A stretch of 64,000 nucleotides of DNA from the NCBI GenBank assembly GCA_965261395.1, contig OZ253462.1:4480001-4544000 (forward strand), in the 5' to 3' direction. The notes under the pieces are model-generated. The model was given only the letters and a program-made list of their open reading frames with translations. It did not search any database and had not been told where the DNA came from. The position numbers and the translations under genes were made by a program. This DNA comes from Candidatus Latescibacterota bacterium. GTDB lineage: Bacteria > Latescibacterota > UBA2968 > UBA8231. Of this stretch, positions 9,839 to 19,431 are shown piece by piece; position 1 is the stretch's first letter, and the number at the start of each line of letters is the position of its first letter.

Positions 9839-12039
9839 AGTCGGTTGTACTTATCCCGCAGGCCTTGGCGCACGATCTCGGCCAACGAGTTGATAAAGAA
9901 GGTGGCGATAAACAGCAGCAAGCCACTGAGGAAGAGCACTCGGTAGAGCGTACCTTGGTGCGGTGCTTCGGGTAACTCCACGGCGATATTGGCCGAAATG
10001 GTGCGCATGCCGTTGAAAATGTTCCAATCCATGATCGGGGTATTGCCCGTGGCCATCAGCACGATCATGGTTTCCCCGATGGCGCGGCCGAGGCCGATCA
10101 TGGCTGCCGAAAAAATGCCCGGCAAGGCCATGGGCAATACTACCTTGATTGCCGTCTGCCAAGGCGTAGCTCCCAAGGCCAGCGAGCCAGCGCGCAGGTG
10201 GCTGGGCACGCTAGAGAGCGCGTCCTCGCAGATGGTGAAGACCAGCGGAACGACCGCAAAGCCCATGGCAAACCCCACTACCAAGCAATTGCGCTGGTCG
10301 TAGCCAACGCCCGCGTCTTGCCGCAGCCAGCGCAGGAAGTGCCCGTCAAAAGCCAGTTCCTCAAAGGCTGGCCCCAGCGCGTACGCCAACCAAGCGACCA
10401 GCAGGGTCACCGCGCCGAGCAAGTATATCTCCCCAACCCGCGCCACTTGGCGCACCCAAGCCTCTGGGGCGTATTGCCAGCCCCAAGCCGCAGTTAGGAC
10501 CACGGTTGGCACAGCCGGCAGCAGCAGCAAGGTCCCCAACAAGTGCGATTCGAGCAGCGGGGCCAGCCACAAGCCAGCGAGAAAGCCCAAGATGACGCTC
10601 GGCAACGAGGCCATGACTTCTACGGACGGCTTGACCAAGCTCTGCACGCGCGGCGAGGCAAATTCGGCCGTGTAAATCGCCGCTAAAACGGCCAACGGCA
10701 ACGCAAAGAGCAGGGCGTAGAACGTGCCCTTGGCCGTGCCCAAAATCAGCGGCACCAAGCTGAGCTTTGGCTCGAATTCGTCCGTGCCACCAGTGGACTG
10801 CCACACGTATTCGCGGCCCCCGTAGCCCTCGTACCAGATGGAGCCGAACAGCACAGCCGCGCTGATTTCGGGATGGGGATGGTCAAGGGTAAAGCGCCGC
10901 AACCACCCGTCTTGGCCGAGAGCTAAAAATCCGTCGGCCTTGGGCGCGAAGACCAACGCGGTCACCGGGGAGTCGCCCGGCAGTTGGAAGGATGTATGCT
11001 CGGAGGTTAGGTGGTGTAGGGCTATGGCCCCTTCGGCGTCGGCCGTGAGAAACTGCTTGTCGCGCGTAGAGGCGACAATGTGGGTAACGGCCGACTCTGA
11101 GGGGGCGAAGGCGTGGATTTTGCGATACGACCGCTGTCCGTCTTCCTCAATCTTAAACCAAGCGCTGACGTGGCCGACCGCGTCGCCGACGACCAGCGAA
11201 ACCTCGCCTAGCGCGTACGCCAGCGCCGAGACGGCGACTTCTGAGACGGCGATGCGCCCGACAAACGCAGGCGCTTGCTCCACTGCGCCCAGCCGCCACT
11301 CGTACACCTGCCCCTGATCCGTACCCACCAGCACCTGGCGAATGCGGCCATCGAGCAGCACCTGCGTGGCCTTGCCGTCGAGTTCGGCCGTTAGCTCGTA
11401 CTGCCTTGCTTGGCGCTCGCCCGGCCCCAATAGGCCCTGCTGTTGCTCGGCCACCTGCACCACCAAGCGGCCGCTCGCCGTAATCGCCGCCGCGGCCGAG
11501 CGACCGGCCTCCCCTTCCCGGAAGGCCACCTGCACCAGCGACTCGCCGGCCGGATCGACCGCGACGAGGCGCTCAACCGCAAACTGCGGCACCACCTGCC
11601 GCTGGCCGCTGCTGTAATCGAGCCGGAAACGGACCTGCGCCAACAGCAGGTGGCCGTCGTCCGTACCCAATGCTAAAACATCGTTTGGCGCGCGCTGTGC
11701 GGCCGTTACTTCGCGGCCCGCTAGCTCGGCTGGCCGCTCGCGGCTGATGACTTGGCCATCGTCCAGCCTCAACAAATCCACCCCTTGGGGGCCGACTGCA
11801 TAAGCGATTTGGTAGTAGGGGTCGAGCCCAATGGCCAATGGGCCGGCCACTGGGTGCGCCTTTTCTGCTTTTAGCTCTGGGGTGCGGAATAGGGGCCAAG
11901 CCTCGGCGAGGACGAAGACAAATATCCCCAAGACGGCGGCGATAATGCCGATGCCGCCAAAGGAGATAAAGCGCTCCGCTAGCCAGTCGAGGGTTTTCGC
12001 TCGCGGCGTGATTCCGCGCTTATATGGCTTGGGGGTCAC
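9835..12039 (-). CDS. pstC: Phosphate ABC transporter permease PstC (long form with beta-propeller-like extracytoplasmic domain)
   Basis: 'WYEGY...WQSTGGTDEFEPKLS', 'SLPSVILG', 'GRAIGETM', 'ELPEAP'. Confidence 0.92.
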   Translation of the reverse strand: MTPKPYKRGITPRAKTLDWLAERFISFGGIGIIAAVLGIFVFVLAEAWPLFRTPELKAEKAHPVAGPLAIGLDPYYQIAYAVGPQGVDLLRLDDGQVISRERPAELAGREVTAAQRAPNDVLALGTDDGHLLLAQVRFRLDYSSGQRQVVPQFAVERLVAVDPAGESLVQVAFREGEAGRSAAAAITASGRLVVQVAEQQQGLLGPGERQARQYELTAELDGKATQVLLDGRIRQVLVGTDQGQVYEWRLGAVEQAPAFVGRIAVSEVAVSALAYALGEVSLVVGDAVGHVSAWFKIEEDGQRSYRKIHAFAPSESAVTHIVASTRDKQFLTADAEGAIALHHLTSEHTSFQLPGDSPVTALVFAPKADGFLALGQDGWLRRFTLDHPHPEISAAVLFGSIWYEGYGGREYVWQSTGGTDEFEPKLSLVPLILGTAKGTFYALLFALPLAVLAAIYTAEFASPRVQSLVKPSVEVMASLPSVILGFLAGLWLAPLLESHLLGTLLLLPAVPTVVLTAAWGWQYAPEAWVRQVARVGEIYLLGAVTLLVAWLAYALGPAFEELAFDGHFLRWLRQDAGVGYDQRNCLVVGFAMGFAVVPLVFTICEDALSSVPSHLRAGSLALGATPWQTAIKVVLPMALPGIFSAAMIGLGRAIGETMIVLMATGNTPIMDWNIFNGMRTISANIAVELPEAPHQGTLYRVLFLSGLLLFIATFFINSLAEIVRQGLRDKYNRL

Positions 12040-12051
12040 GTACCCATGCCT

Positions 12052-13023
12052 TTAGATATCCAATTTGGCCAGTTCGGCTTGGACTACTTCAAACGGCACG
12101 GGCATATAGCCATCTTTGACGATAATTTCTTGACCCTCTTTGGAGAAAATAAACTTGCAGAACTCTTTCACTAGCGGGTCCATGGCTTGGCCGGGGGCCT
12201 TGTTTATATAAATGTATAGAAAACGACCAAGGGGGTAAGAGCCGTTCAGTACGTTTTCCATGGAGCCTTGCCTAAACTCCTGTCCCTCGGCTTTGGCCAA
12301 GGGCAAGACGCGCACCCCTGAGGTCAGATAGCCAATGCCGCTGTATCCTATGGCGAAGCGGTCCTCGGTGATACCCTGGACCACGGACGCCGACCCAGGC
12401 TGCTCTTTCACCTCGTCCTTGTAGTCGCCTTTGAACAGGGCCTGTTTCTTAAAAAAGCCATAGGTGCCCGAGGCCGAGTTGCGGCCGTAGAGACTAATCT
12501 GGGCCTTGGCCCAATCCCCTTCCAGCCCCAACTGGCCCCAAGTGGTCATGTCATTGGGGAACTCGCTGCGGCGGGTCTTGGAAAAAATCGCATCGACTTG
12601 CGGCAGGCTCAGACCCTCGATGGGGTTGTCCTTGTTGACAAAGACCGCCAGCGCGTCCAGCGCAGCCCGCAAGGGCGTTGGCTTATAGCCAAAGGCCTGC
12701 TCGAATTTGTCCTCCTCGCTCGACTTCATCGACCGCGACATCGGCCCGAACTGAGCCGTGCCTTCGATTAGGGCTGGCGGCGCAGTACTCGACCCTTTGC
12801 CCTCGATCTGGATCTTGACGTTGGGATAGTACTTGCGGAAGGTCTCCAGCCAGAGTGCCATCATGTTGTTCATCGTATCGGAGCCAATGCTGCTGGCATT
12901 GCCGGACAGACCGCGCACCTTCTCGTAGGATGCGATTCGCTCATCAACGGCTATGGTCTGCGCTTGAACGCCAGCGGCGAACACCCAACACATCAGCACC
13001 ACTCCGCTCCATCTTTTTTTCAT
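12052..13023 (-). CDS. pstS: Phosphate-binding periplasmic protein PstS
   Basis: Signal peptide; 'GSDTM', 'GKGSSTAP', 'MSR', 'GRNSASGTY'. Confidence 0.94.
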   Translation of the reverse strand: MKKRWSGVVLMCWVFAAGVQAQTIAVDERIASYEKVRGLSGNASSIGSDTMNNMMALWLETFRKYYPNVKIQIEGKGSSTAPPALIEGTAQFGPMSRSMKSSEEDKFEQAFGYKPTPLRAALDALAVFVNKDNPIEGLSLPQVDAIFSKTRRSEFPNDMTTWGQLGLEGDWAKAQISLYGRNSASGTYGFFKKQALFKGDYKDEVKEQPGSASVVQGITEDRFAIGYSGIGYLTSGVRVLPLAKAEGQEFRQGSMENVLNGSYPLGRFLYIYINKAPGQAMDPLVKEFCKFIFSKEGQEIIVKDGYMPVPFEVVQAELAKLDI

Positions 13024-13060
13024 CTTTGCATCCCCCTTTTATGAAAGATTGCAGGAATTG

Positions 13061-13110
13061 TGTTACATCCGCGTGTCTCATGGATGAAACCTGCGTTACA
13101 ATACGTTACA
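13061..13110 (-). promoter_or_regulatory. Possible Pho-box half-sites upstream of pstS
   Basis: GTTACA at 13062, 13095 and 13105; the spacing of the last two is 10 rather than 11 bp. Confidence 0.35.
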
Positions 13111-13116
13111 ACACTG

Positions 13117-14085
13117 CTAAAATTTGTAGTAAAAGGTCAGCCGTCCTTGGACATTGGCATCACGGCCAGCGGACGACTCGATGAGCACATTGGGCATCAG
13201 GTGGACGTTTGTAGCTGCGGAGTAGTCGAGGCCGGTGATGAAGAGCAAATCCCTGTCGTCCTCAGCGTCGTGGGTGACCACATCAAACCGGCCAAAGCCC
13301 TTGAACGCGGCATTTAGCGGCAACGAGCCAAAGGCCGAGACCCCAGCGATGACGTGGTCCTCGCCGTTATCGCCGGCCAGCTCGTTGGTGCGCGAGAAGA
13401 CCTCCAACCCCGCACTGCCCCTCACTCCCTGCCAGCCGACGAAGCCCTTGAAGGTTCGCTCATTGCGACCGGCTGGCCTCGCATTAAAGTCCGCATAGCC
13501 TTCCAATATCAATCGGTCCGCAGCCTTGAAACTCAACGAACCATAGAATTTCTTGCCGTGGTCGTCCTCCGGCCCCTGTCCGGTACCATTGCCGACCATC
13601 AGGTGGTAGCTCAGCCGGCCCGCCGCTCCCTTGAGGGCCGCGCCCAAGTCGGCCGAAGAGCCGATTTTATTCCAGTCGAGCGCGGTCTTGGCTATCGAGC
13701 GGTAGCCCCAGACCTTTTCGGCGACCGCCCAAGTCGGCGTCCCCGCAAGCCCTAGGTATAGGTCCGCATCGCCCAGCCCCTTCTTCCACTGTAAGTAGCC
13801 GTGCTTGACGAAGGGTTCCATCTTCGCACCTTGGGCAAACCCCGCGTCCTTGGCCTCGAGGCGCAAGCGAATCGCAAAGTCAGTGGCGATATCGCTCTGG
13901 TACGTGAGGTACAGACGGCGGAACTGAAAAGCATTGCGCTTGGGAGAGTACTTGGTGTCGGCTTCATCGACGGTCAATAGATAGTAGTAGTCGCCAAACA
14001 TAAGGCCCTTGACCTTGACCTCCTGTGCTGGCGCTGTAAAGACCCAACCCAACATCAGGGTTACAAACGCCATCGTTTTTTTCAC
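13117..14085 (-). CDS. Outer-membrane porin (phosphate-selective OprO/OprP-like, by context)
   Basis: Signal peptide, 'FQFRRLYL', amphipathic beta-strands, C-terminal Phe 'YYKF'; heads the pst cluster. Confidence 0.7.
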   Translation of the reverse strand: MKKTMAFVTLMLGWVFTAPAQEVKVKGLMFGDYYYLLTVDEADTKYSPKRNAFQFRRLYLTYQSDIATDFAIRLRLEAKDAGFAQGAKMEPFVKHGYLQWKKGLGDADLYLGLAGTPTWAVAEKVWGYRSIAKTALDWNKIGSSADLGAALKGAAGRLSYHLMVGNGTGQGPEDDHGKKFYGSLSFKAADRLILEGYADFNARPAGRNERTFKGFVGWQGVRGSAGLEVFSRTNELAGDNGEDHVIAGVSAFGSLPLNAAFKGFGRFDVVTHDAEDDRDLLFITGLDYSAATNVHLMPNVLIESSAGRDANVQGRLTFYYKF

Positions 14086-14148
14086 TTGTGTTACAATCCT
14101 CCCTCTTTTGGCGTTTTTCTTGTCCTACATGTAACAATAGCCGCGCTA

Positions 14149-14187
14149 TGCGACGCTTTTGTAACAGTATTGTTACGAAACGGTGAC
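14149..14187 (-). promoter_or_regulatory. Pho-box array (four 11-bp units) upstream of porin-pst operon
   Basis: Minus strand GTCACC-N5-GTAACA-N5-GTTACA-N5-GTCGCA, exact 11-bp period. Confidence 0.72.
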
Positions 14188-14234
14188 GTTTTCCTCCTTC
14201 ATCCTACGATAGACACACTTCCTCCAAGACCTCT

Positions 14235-14262
14235 TGTCACCGGATTGTGACTTCAGAGTAAC
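14235..14262 (+). promoter_or_regulatory. Pho-box array (three 11-bp units) upstream of divergent TonB-receptor remnant
   Basis: TGTCAC-N5-TGTGAC-N5-AGTAAC at 14235, 14246, 14257. Confidence 0.6.
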
Positions 14263-14325
14263 CTCTTCTCAACACAGCCTCTCTATCATTTTTGATTAAA
14301 TCTTTTCAAGGGAGGTTTTACAGCC

Positions 14326-14613
14326 ATGAAGCGCTGCTTGTCCATTGTCGTCCTCGCCCTTTTGGCCTTTGCCCACCCCACCCTCGCCCAGACCGGTACT
14401 GTATCCGGCTCGGTCCTCGATCGCCAGACCGGCGACCCGCTCGTAGGTGCGATCGTCTTTCTGGAAGGCACTCAGATTGGCATAACCTGCGATGTCGAGG
14501 GTCGGTTTCAGCTTTTTGACGTCCCGGTCGGGACCTATGTGCTGGCCAGCTCGATGATCGGCTATCAGGAGGATACTATGCTGCGCAAGATAATGCTCGC
14601 ATACCCAAGTTGA
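14326..14613 (+). pseudogene. 5' remnant of TonB-dependent receptor (signal peptide + carboxypeptidase-regulatory-like domain)
   Basis: GGAGG RBS; 'AQTGTVSGSVLDRQTGDPLVGA...GRFQL...GTYVL..SMIGY', then an abrupt unrelated tail and stop. Confidence 0.75.
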
Positions 14614-14705
14614 CTATGTCGGAGCTTTTGGCAACGAACTGTGGACCTCGGGCTGGACCTTCTTCGCTGAGGCCGGCATCATGCCCAACGAGATGGCAAC
14701 CGTCA

Positions 14706-15570
14706 GAAGCTGTTGAGTTAAAGTTATTTTGTATGTTATTTTGTCGTAACCGCTTTTTTCGTCTAGGATTTAGGAGGTTTGTATTATGCTTGGGTATCCC
14801 AGTGACGTGACCGATGCAGAATGGGCGTTGCTGGCTCCTTTTTTTGCTCGCCCCGATCCGCGGGGCAATCCGGGCAAGTATGCCAAACGGGATGTGGTCA
14901 ATGCTATTTTCTATGTGGTCAAAGGCGGCATCCCCTGGCGGATGCTTCCGTTGGATTTTCCGCCGTGGGACACCGTGTATGACCATTACCGGCGCTGGAA
15001 TCAGCGCGGGGTGTGGGAACAAGCTTTGGATGCGCTGAACGAGCGCGCACGACACAAGCAGGGCAAACACAAGCATCCGACCTACGCCTTGGTCGATTCG
15101 CAATCGGTTAAGACCCAATATGCCAGTCAGGATCGAGGCATCGACGGGGGAAAAAAAGATCAAAGGTCGTAAACGCCACATCGCCACTGATACGCTAGGT
15201 AACATGCTAACGGTCCAAGTCCATGCGGCCAATCTCGCCGATACCAGCCAAGGATGGGATGTCTGCGACCAAGTCGCCGAAAAGTATGATTCGATACAAG
15301 CGTTCTGCGGCGACCAAGGATACCGAGGCACCACCGTCGAATTCGTCGAAAACCTGTTGGGATTGCGGCTGGATATAACCGATAAGCCAACCCAAGGGTT
15401 CCAAGTGGTGCCCAAACGCTGGATCATCGAACGAACGTTTGCTTGGTTGGGGGGATTTCGTCGCTTGGCCAAGGACTTTGAAATACGCACTCGATCCGCC
15501 GAAAACATGATTCGTATCGCCATGATAAACATTACCGTCGCTAAATGTGTCTGAATAACTCAACAGCTTC
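14706..15570 (+). mobile_element. IS5-family insertion sequence (IS1031-like), 865 bp
   Basis: Perfect 15-bp TIRs GAAGCTGTTGAGTTA / TAACTCAACAGCTTC; 3-bp TCA target duplication at 14703-14705 and 15571-15573. Confidence 0.93.
14786..15554 (+). CDS. IS5 DDE transposase in two frames joined by a -1 frameshift
   Basis: ORF A 'YPSDVTDAEW...WRMLPLDFPPW..VY...DSQSVK', ORF B 'KIKGRKRH...DQGY...RWIIERTFAWL...RRLAKDFE'; G5A7G at the junction (15146-15158). Confidence 0.9.
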
Positions 15571-15931
15571 TCATCGCCGAAGAGTCCGCAGTGTCTGCGA
15601 CCGTACCCAATGCTTACACACTGAACCAAAACTACCCCAATCCCTTCAACCCCAGCACGACCATTGCCTACGCCATTCCGGCTGATGGGCACGTAGAACT
15701 GACCCTTTTCAACGCCCTCGGCCAACAGGTGGCAACGCTGGCCGAAGGATGGCGCATGGCCGGCTCCTACTCGGTCACCGTCGATGCGTCGGACCTCAGC
15801 GCCGGTACGTACTTCTACCACCTCCGCGCTGGCGACCAAGTCCTGCACCGCAAAATGACCTTGCTTAAATAGAGCTTTTTCGCAGGATAAATAAAAAGAG
15901 GGACGGGTTTTTACATTTGCATTTCTTGGGA

Positions 15932-17227
15932 TCACGCGGGCCTTGGTTCTTTCCACAACCGAACAGTGAAGCGGTACTCTTCTTCGATGAGGTCGGGATC
16001 CGTGCCGTTGTGCTCTTGCATACCCCGAACAATCCTTCGTGGCACACCAAGCCCGTTGGCCTCAATGTATCGGTAGTCGCGCATAGTCTCTTTGAGCAAC
16101 TCGTTTCGAGTTGCTCGACATCCGTCGCGCATCTTTTCTACCGTCACTGATTTCGGCAACCGCCCAGGCGAAACGACCTCGATCCGGTCAGCATAGATAG
16201 AGAGTTCAATGTCAGTACCGATTATCGTGTAATCGCGATGCACAACCGCATTGACAACCGATTCTCGAATGGCCGGCAGTGGGTAGTCCCAGCGTTCAAC
16301 GCGCCTTGCGCCTTCGAGCCACGCCTCTATATCAATAGCGCGTTTTACGAACTCCATAGCCTGTTCAACGACCCCGCTTTCCACCTCTTCTCCACTTTTC
16401 GAGAACGTTTCCGGCAGAGGTGGATATGGCCGCGGAAGGTCAGCGTTCGGCAGTGTAAACAACGAAACTACGGGGCCACGCAGCATGGCTCGGGCCTTCG
16501 CGTCGTAATCTTTCTCGGTGCCAGAATACGCGGTAGCAGTGATGCCGGCTTGTTTCAGATACCTATTGGGGTTCTTGCCGAAGAGCAGCAAGCCGCCAAC
16601 AGTCCCCATGGCGTACCCTCGATCCCAAACCATCAGTTCCGTATTCACCAGCAAAGTTATCCAAGATTCGGTATCATCCTCCGCTGGGTGTTCCTGTTGG
16701 CGAATATCGCGAAAGTAATTGACCAACCTACGCAAATCAAAGTCCTCAAAAGACGAGCCCGGCAGCACCTTGCGGTCATACTGAATGCGCCCAGACTGCA
16801 TGTACAGCCGCATCTCCTCCTCGTCGCTGGCGTCGCGTGTCGTCGATCCCGCACGCACTTGCGTAACCCAAGCGGAGCCTCGCTTTGCCTTGTAGGGCTT
16901 GTCGGGAGAGTCCGCAGGAAGCGACACAATACCTATGATTTTCCCGTCGCTCCATGCAAATGTTTCCCAAACGGGCATTGTAGCTGGTCTAACATGGACA
17001 CGCGCAATTTCCATAACCCATTCTTCCGCCTTCTTGGAATCGCGAGTCAGTCCCGAGACTGTGAAATCGTCTTCCAGACCAAGAAGAATGTGTCCGCCTT
17101 CCAGATTCAGCAGGGCGGCGATCTCTTTGGCCAGTTGCTCCGGTTGTATGTCGTCCCGCTTGAATTCGACGCCAGAGTTCTCGCCATTGCGTATCAATTC
17201 TGCTGGTTCGGTTCTATTCATGCTCAC
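15932..17227 (-). CDS. AlbA_2 (Schlafen-like) + HATPase_c_4 ('RecG C-terminal') domain protein
   Basis: 'GENSGVEFK', 'ALLNLEGGHILLGLED', 'RESVVNAVVHRDY', 'SPGRLP', 'RNELL', 'GLGV'. Confidence 0.85.
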   Translation of the reverse strand: MSMNRTEPAELIRNGENSGVEFKRDDIQPEQLAKEIAALLNLEGGHILLGLEDDFTVSGLTRDSKKAEEWVMEIARVHVRPATMPVWETFAWSDGKIIGIVSLPADSPDKPYKAKRGSAWVTQVRAGSTTRDASDEEEMRLYMQSGRIQYDRKVLPGSSFEDFDLRRLVNYFRDIRQQEHPAEDDTESWITLLVNTELMVWDRGYAMGTVGGLLLFGKNPNRYLKQAGITATAYSGTEKDYDAKARAMLRGPVVSLFTLPNADLPRPYPPLPETFSKSGEEVESGVVEQAMEFVKRAIDIEAWLEGARRVERWDYPLPAIRESVVNAVVHRDYTIIGTDIELSIYADRIEVVSPGRLPKSVTVEKMRDGCRATRNELLKETMRDYRYIEANGLGVPRRIVRGMQEHNGTDPDLIEEEYRFTVRLWKEPRPA

Positions 17228-17229
17228 CC

Positions 17230-19376
17230 TCAGAATCCATACTTTAGTCGCCGACGCTTAAAGGCCACCTCTCCTCCTTCGAGAATCTCCTCAACCAACT
17301 TTCGCACTGAAGGCGTATCGATTGAGCCTATATACTCGGGAGCGATGCGTGCCTGCCCTTCGTCGGCCTCACCCGCAGCGGTCAGCCCGAGAATCAACTC
17401 GGCGTCCCCCAAGACCGGAATGTTGGCGTTGTGAGTCGAAAAGAGAAACTGGCGACGACGTTTCCCCTCACGCATCCGGGGCACCACGCCCTCGGTAATG
17501 AATCGGTTATCGAGATCGTCCTCCGGCTGGTCCACGATTAGGGGAGCCTCGGATTCAAGTAGCAACAACAGCAGAACGGCGGTGGCCTTTTGACCTTTCG
17601 ACAGATCCTCAAGCGCCTGCCAAGAAGGCGGCTTGCCAGCGGGCGCAGTGTTGAGTTGGATCGCTGTCGTTGGTGGCAGCTCCAACTCCTCAATCTGCAT
17701 CAGAACATCAGGCGGGGCTTTGGCGAGACGCTCTGCCTGAGACGACGGGATTGCGTAGATTTTCTGAACCTCCTCCGCACCTGTTATGCACCCATTGACG
17801 AGTTCCGGCAACGAGAGATCTGGTACTTTCCTAATCTTTTCAATCGCCTCAGAAAGGCGACCGCCAATTTTCTCCTTGAGCAGATTGACGAGCGGTTCCC
17901 TGTTGCCTGCTGCGGTTACTTCGACATGGACACTGTCCCTGAGTTTAGTGTTCACTACCTTTGCGGCGCGGTTCACGAGCCTGAATTCCTCCGCTTTGAC
18001 ATCCTCCCACTCCGCAAGTAACTCACGTCGTCTCTCTACAGACTCTTTTTCCAATCGTTCGAGCAGGGGCAGGCGCTCGCGCAGCGGACGTAGACTTTCA
18101 ATCTCGCGCCGCAGGCGCATGAACTCCTCCCCATCCACGGCCGATTTCTGAAGCTCGCGCAGTATCTTGTTGTAAGTGGCTTCGACCTCGTGCTTGCGCT
18201 CGCCCCAACGGCTGCGAATTTCATCAATTCCTTCATCAGCCCGCTTGAGAGCTTCCTCATGCTGTCGTGCCACTTGCTCTATATCATGGCTCAAGCGTTC
18301 GAGTACCTTGTCCGCCCCGGCGATAATCTCCCTGCTTGGCAGCTCTTCGAGGGCCTTCGGCGACAAGAACACCCGATCAATCGGCAACTCTTGGCGGAAC
18401 ACCTCTAGGCACTCTCGCAACGCTTTCACTCGCTCGGGGATTGAATCGAGCACCTGTTCTTCCCGAACGAGGAGACTCTGCTCACGCAGGCGATCTTCGA
18501 GTCCGGCTTCCTGAAATCGCTTGAGCGTCTCCTCAAGACCTGGCAGCGTCAACAGTCTCTCGTTGATCTGCTGAAGCTCGGAGCGAACATCCATGATGGC
18601 CTGTTTCGTCTTCTGAAGCTCTCGTCGCAAGTCAGCCTTACGCCGGTCGAGAGACTCGTCGCGCTCCACGAAGCGATATAGTAGCCGAGTTAGCTTCTCA
18701 CGGCTCTTGGTAAGTTCCGAGATCTCGTGCTGACCATATACTTCGCCACGGGGTGCTCACGCCGGTACTCTGCGTTTTTATTTTTTAGAATTGGCCGCAG
18801 GTCATCAGGAGCGTCACCGACTGGACCGGGCAGAGAACAAGCCAACAAGTTGGGCGATTGCCAAGCGTTAATGCGCGATCGTCCCGACAGCTTGCGAAGA
18901 AGACCACCATCGGAGGCTATGTGGGCGGCGATACAAACTGCCCCCCAGTTCTGAGCCTCGTCTAGAAACTCCATGACATCGTACTGCCCTGTGGGCGACT
19001 CTTGGTGCTCTTGGTGGATTCCACAAGCCCCTAAAATCCGCTCCAACTCGTCGAGATCTATTTCAGGGTCAAATAGGCAGAGCAGATGAACCCCATCCTT
19101 AGTCACCGCCTCAAAACCGGGAAACGCCGTAATCCCGGCTGCCTTGGAATGCTCAATCAGGCTCGCCGCAGAGCGGACGCGATAGTGGTCCGTCACAGCA
19201 ATTGCGTCGATCTTCTGCTCTTGGCAGGCCTCAATGAGCGCTGCGTTATATTCGCTCTCGTTTGTAAACGACGAGGGTTTGTCATGTGCGACGAGGTATT
19301 CAAACGGATTCACTTGTAGCGCACACTTGAAGAAATGCGCTCCCGATGGAAGCTGTCTCATGTCCGTCTCATTCAT
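17230..19376 (-). pseudogene. PHP-domain + SMC/ABC-type ATPase protein (TrlF/Ppl-like) with internal frameshifting deletion
   Basis: 5' part 'FFKCALQVNP', 'IAVTDHY', 'PGFE', 'VHLL', 'AAH'; at ~18744 it joins out of frame to 'EVYGQHEISEL...coiled coil...LSKGQKATA...IVDQPEDDLD...STHNAN'; no Walker A present. Confidence 0.82.
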
Positions 19377-19431
19377 GGTTCCCTCCATCTCTATACGACT
19401 CTCATCCCTCGTTTTTTTGTTCCCGTTTTTG

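Larger units (their letters stand above)
14603..15872 (+). pseudogene. 3' remnant of secreted surface protein with FlgD-Ig/T9SS-like C-terminal domain, split by IS5
   Basis: Removing IS 14706-15570 and one TCA restores one frame: TQVDYVGAFGNELWTSGWTFFAEAGIMPNEMATV|IAEESAVSATVPNAYTLNQNYPNPFNPSTTI...AGTYFYHL...KMTLLK. Confidence 0.8.

Noticed and set aside
8243-12039. Oversized PstA/PstC as a novelty
   Set aside because: Long PstA/PstC forms with extra soluble domains are already known in other Gram-negative bacteria
14576-15532. 318-aa minus-strand ORF across the IS
   Set aside because: Antisense shadow of the IS5 transposase that extends beyond the TIR; no independent motifs recognised
16238-17434. 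398-aa plus-strand ORF
   Set aside because: Antisense to two motif-bearing genes; no recognisable features
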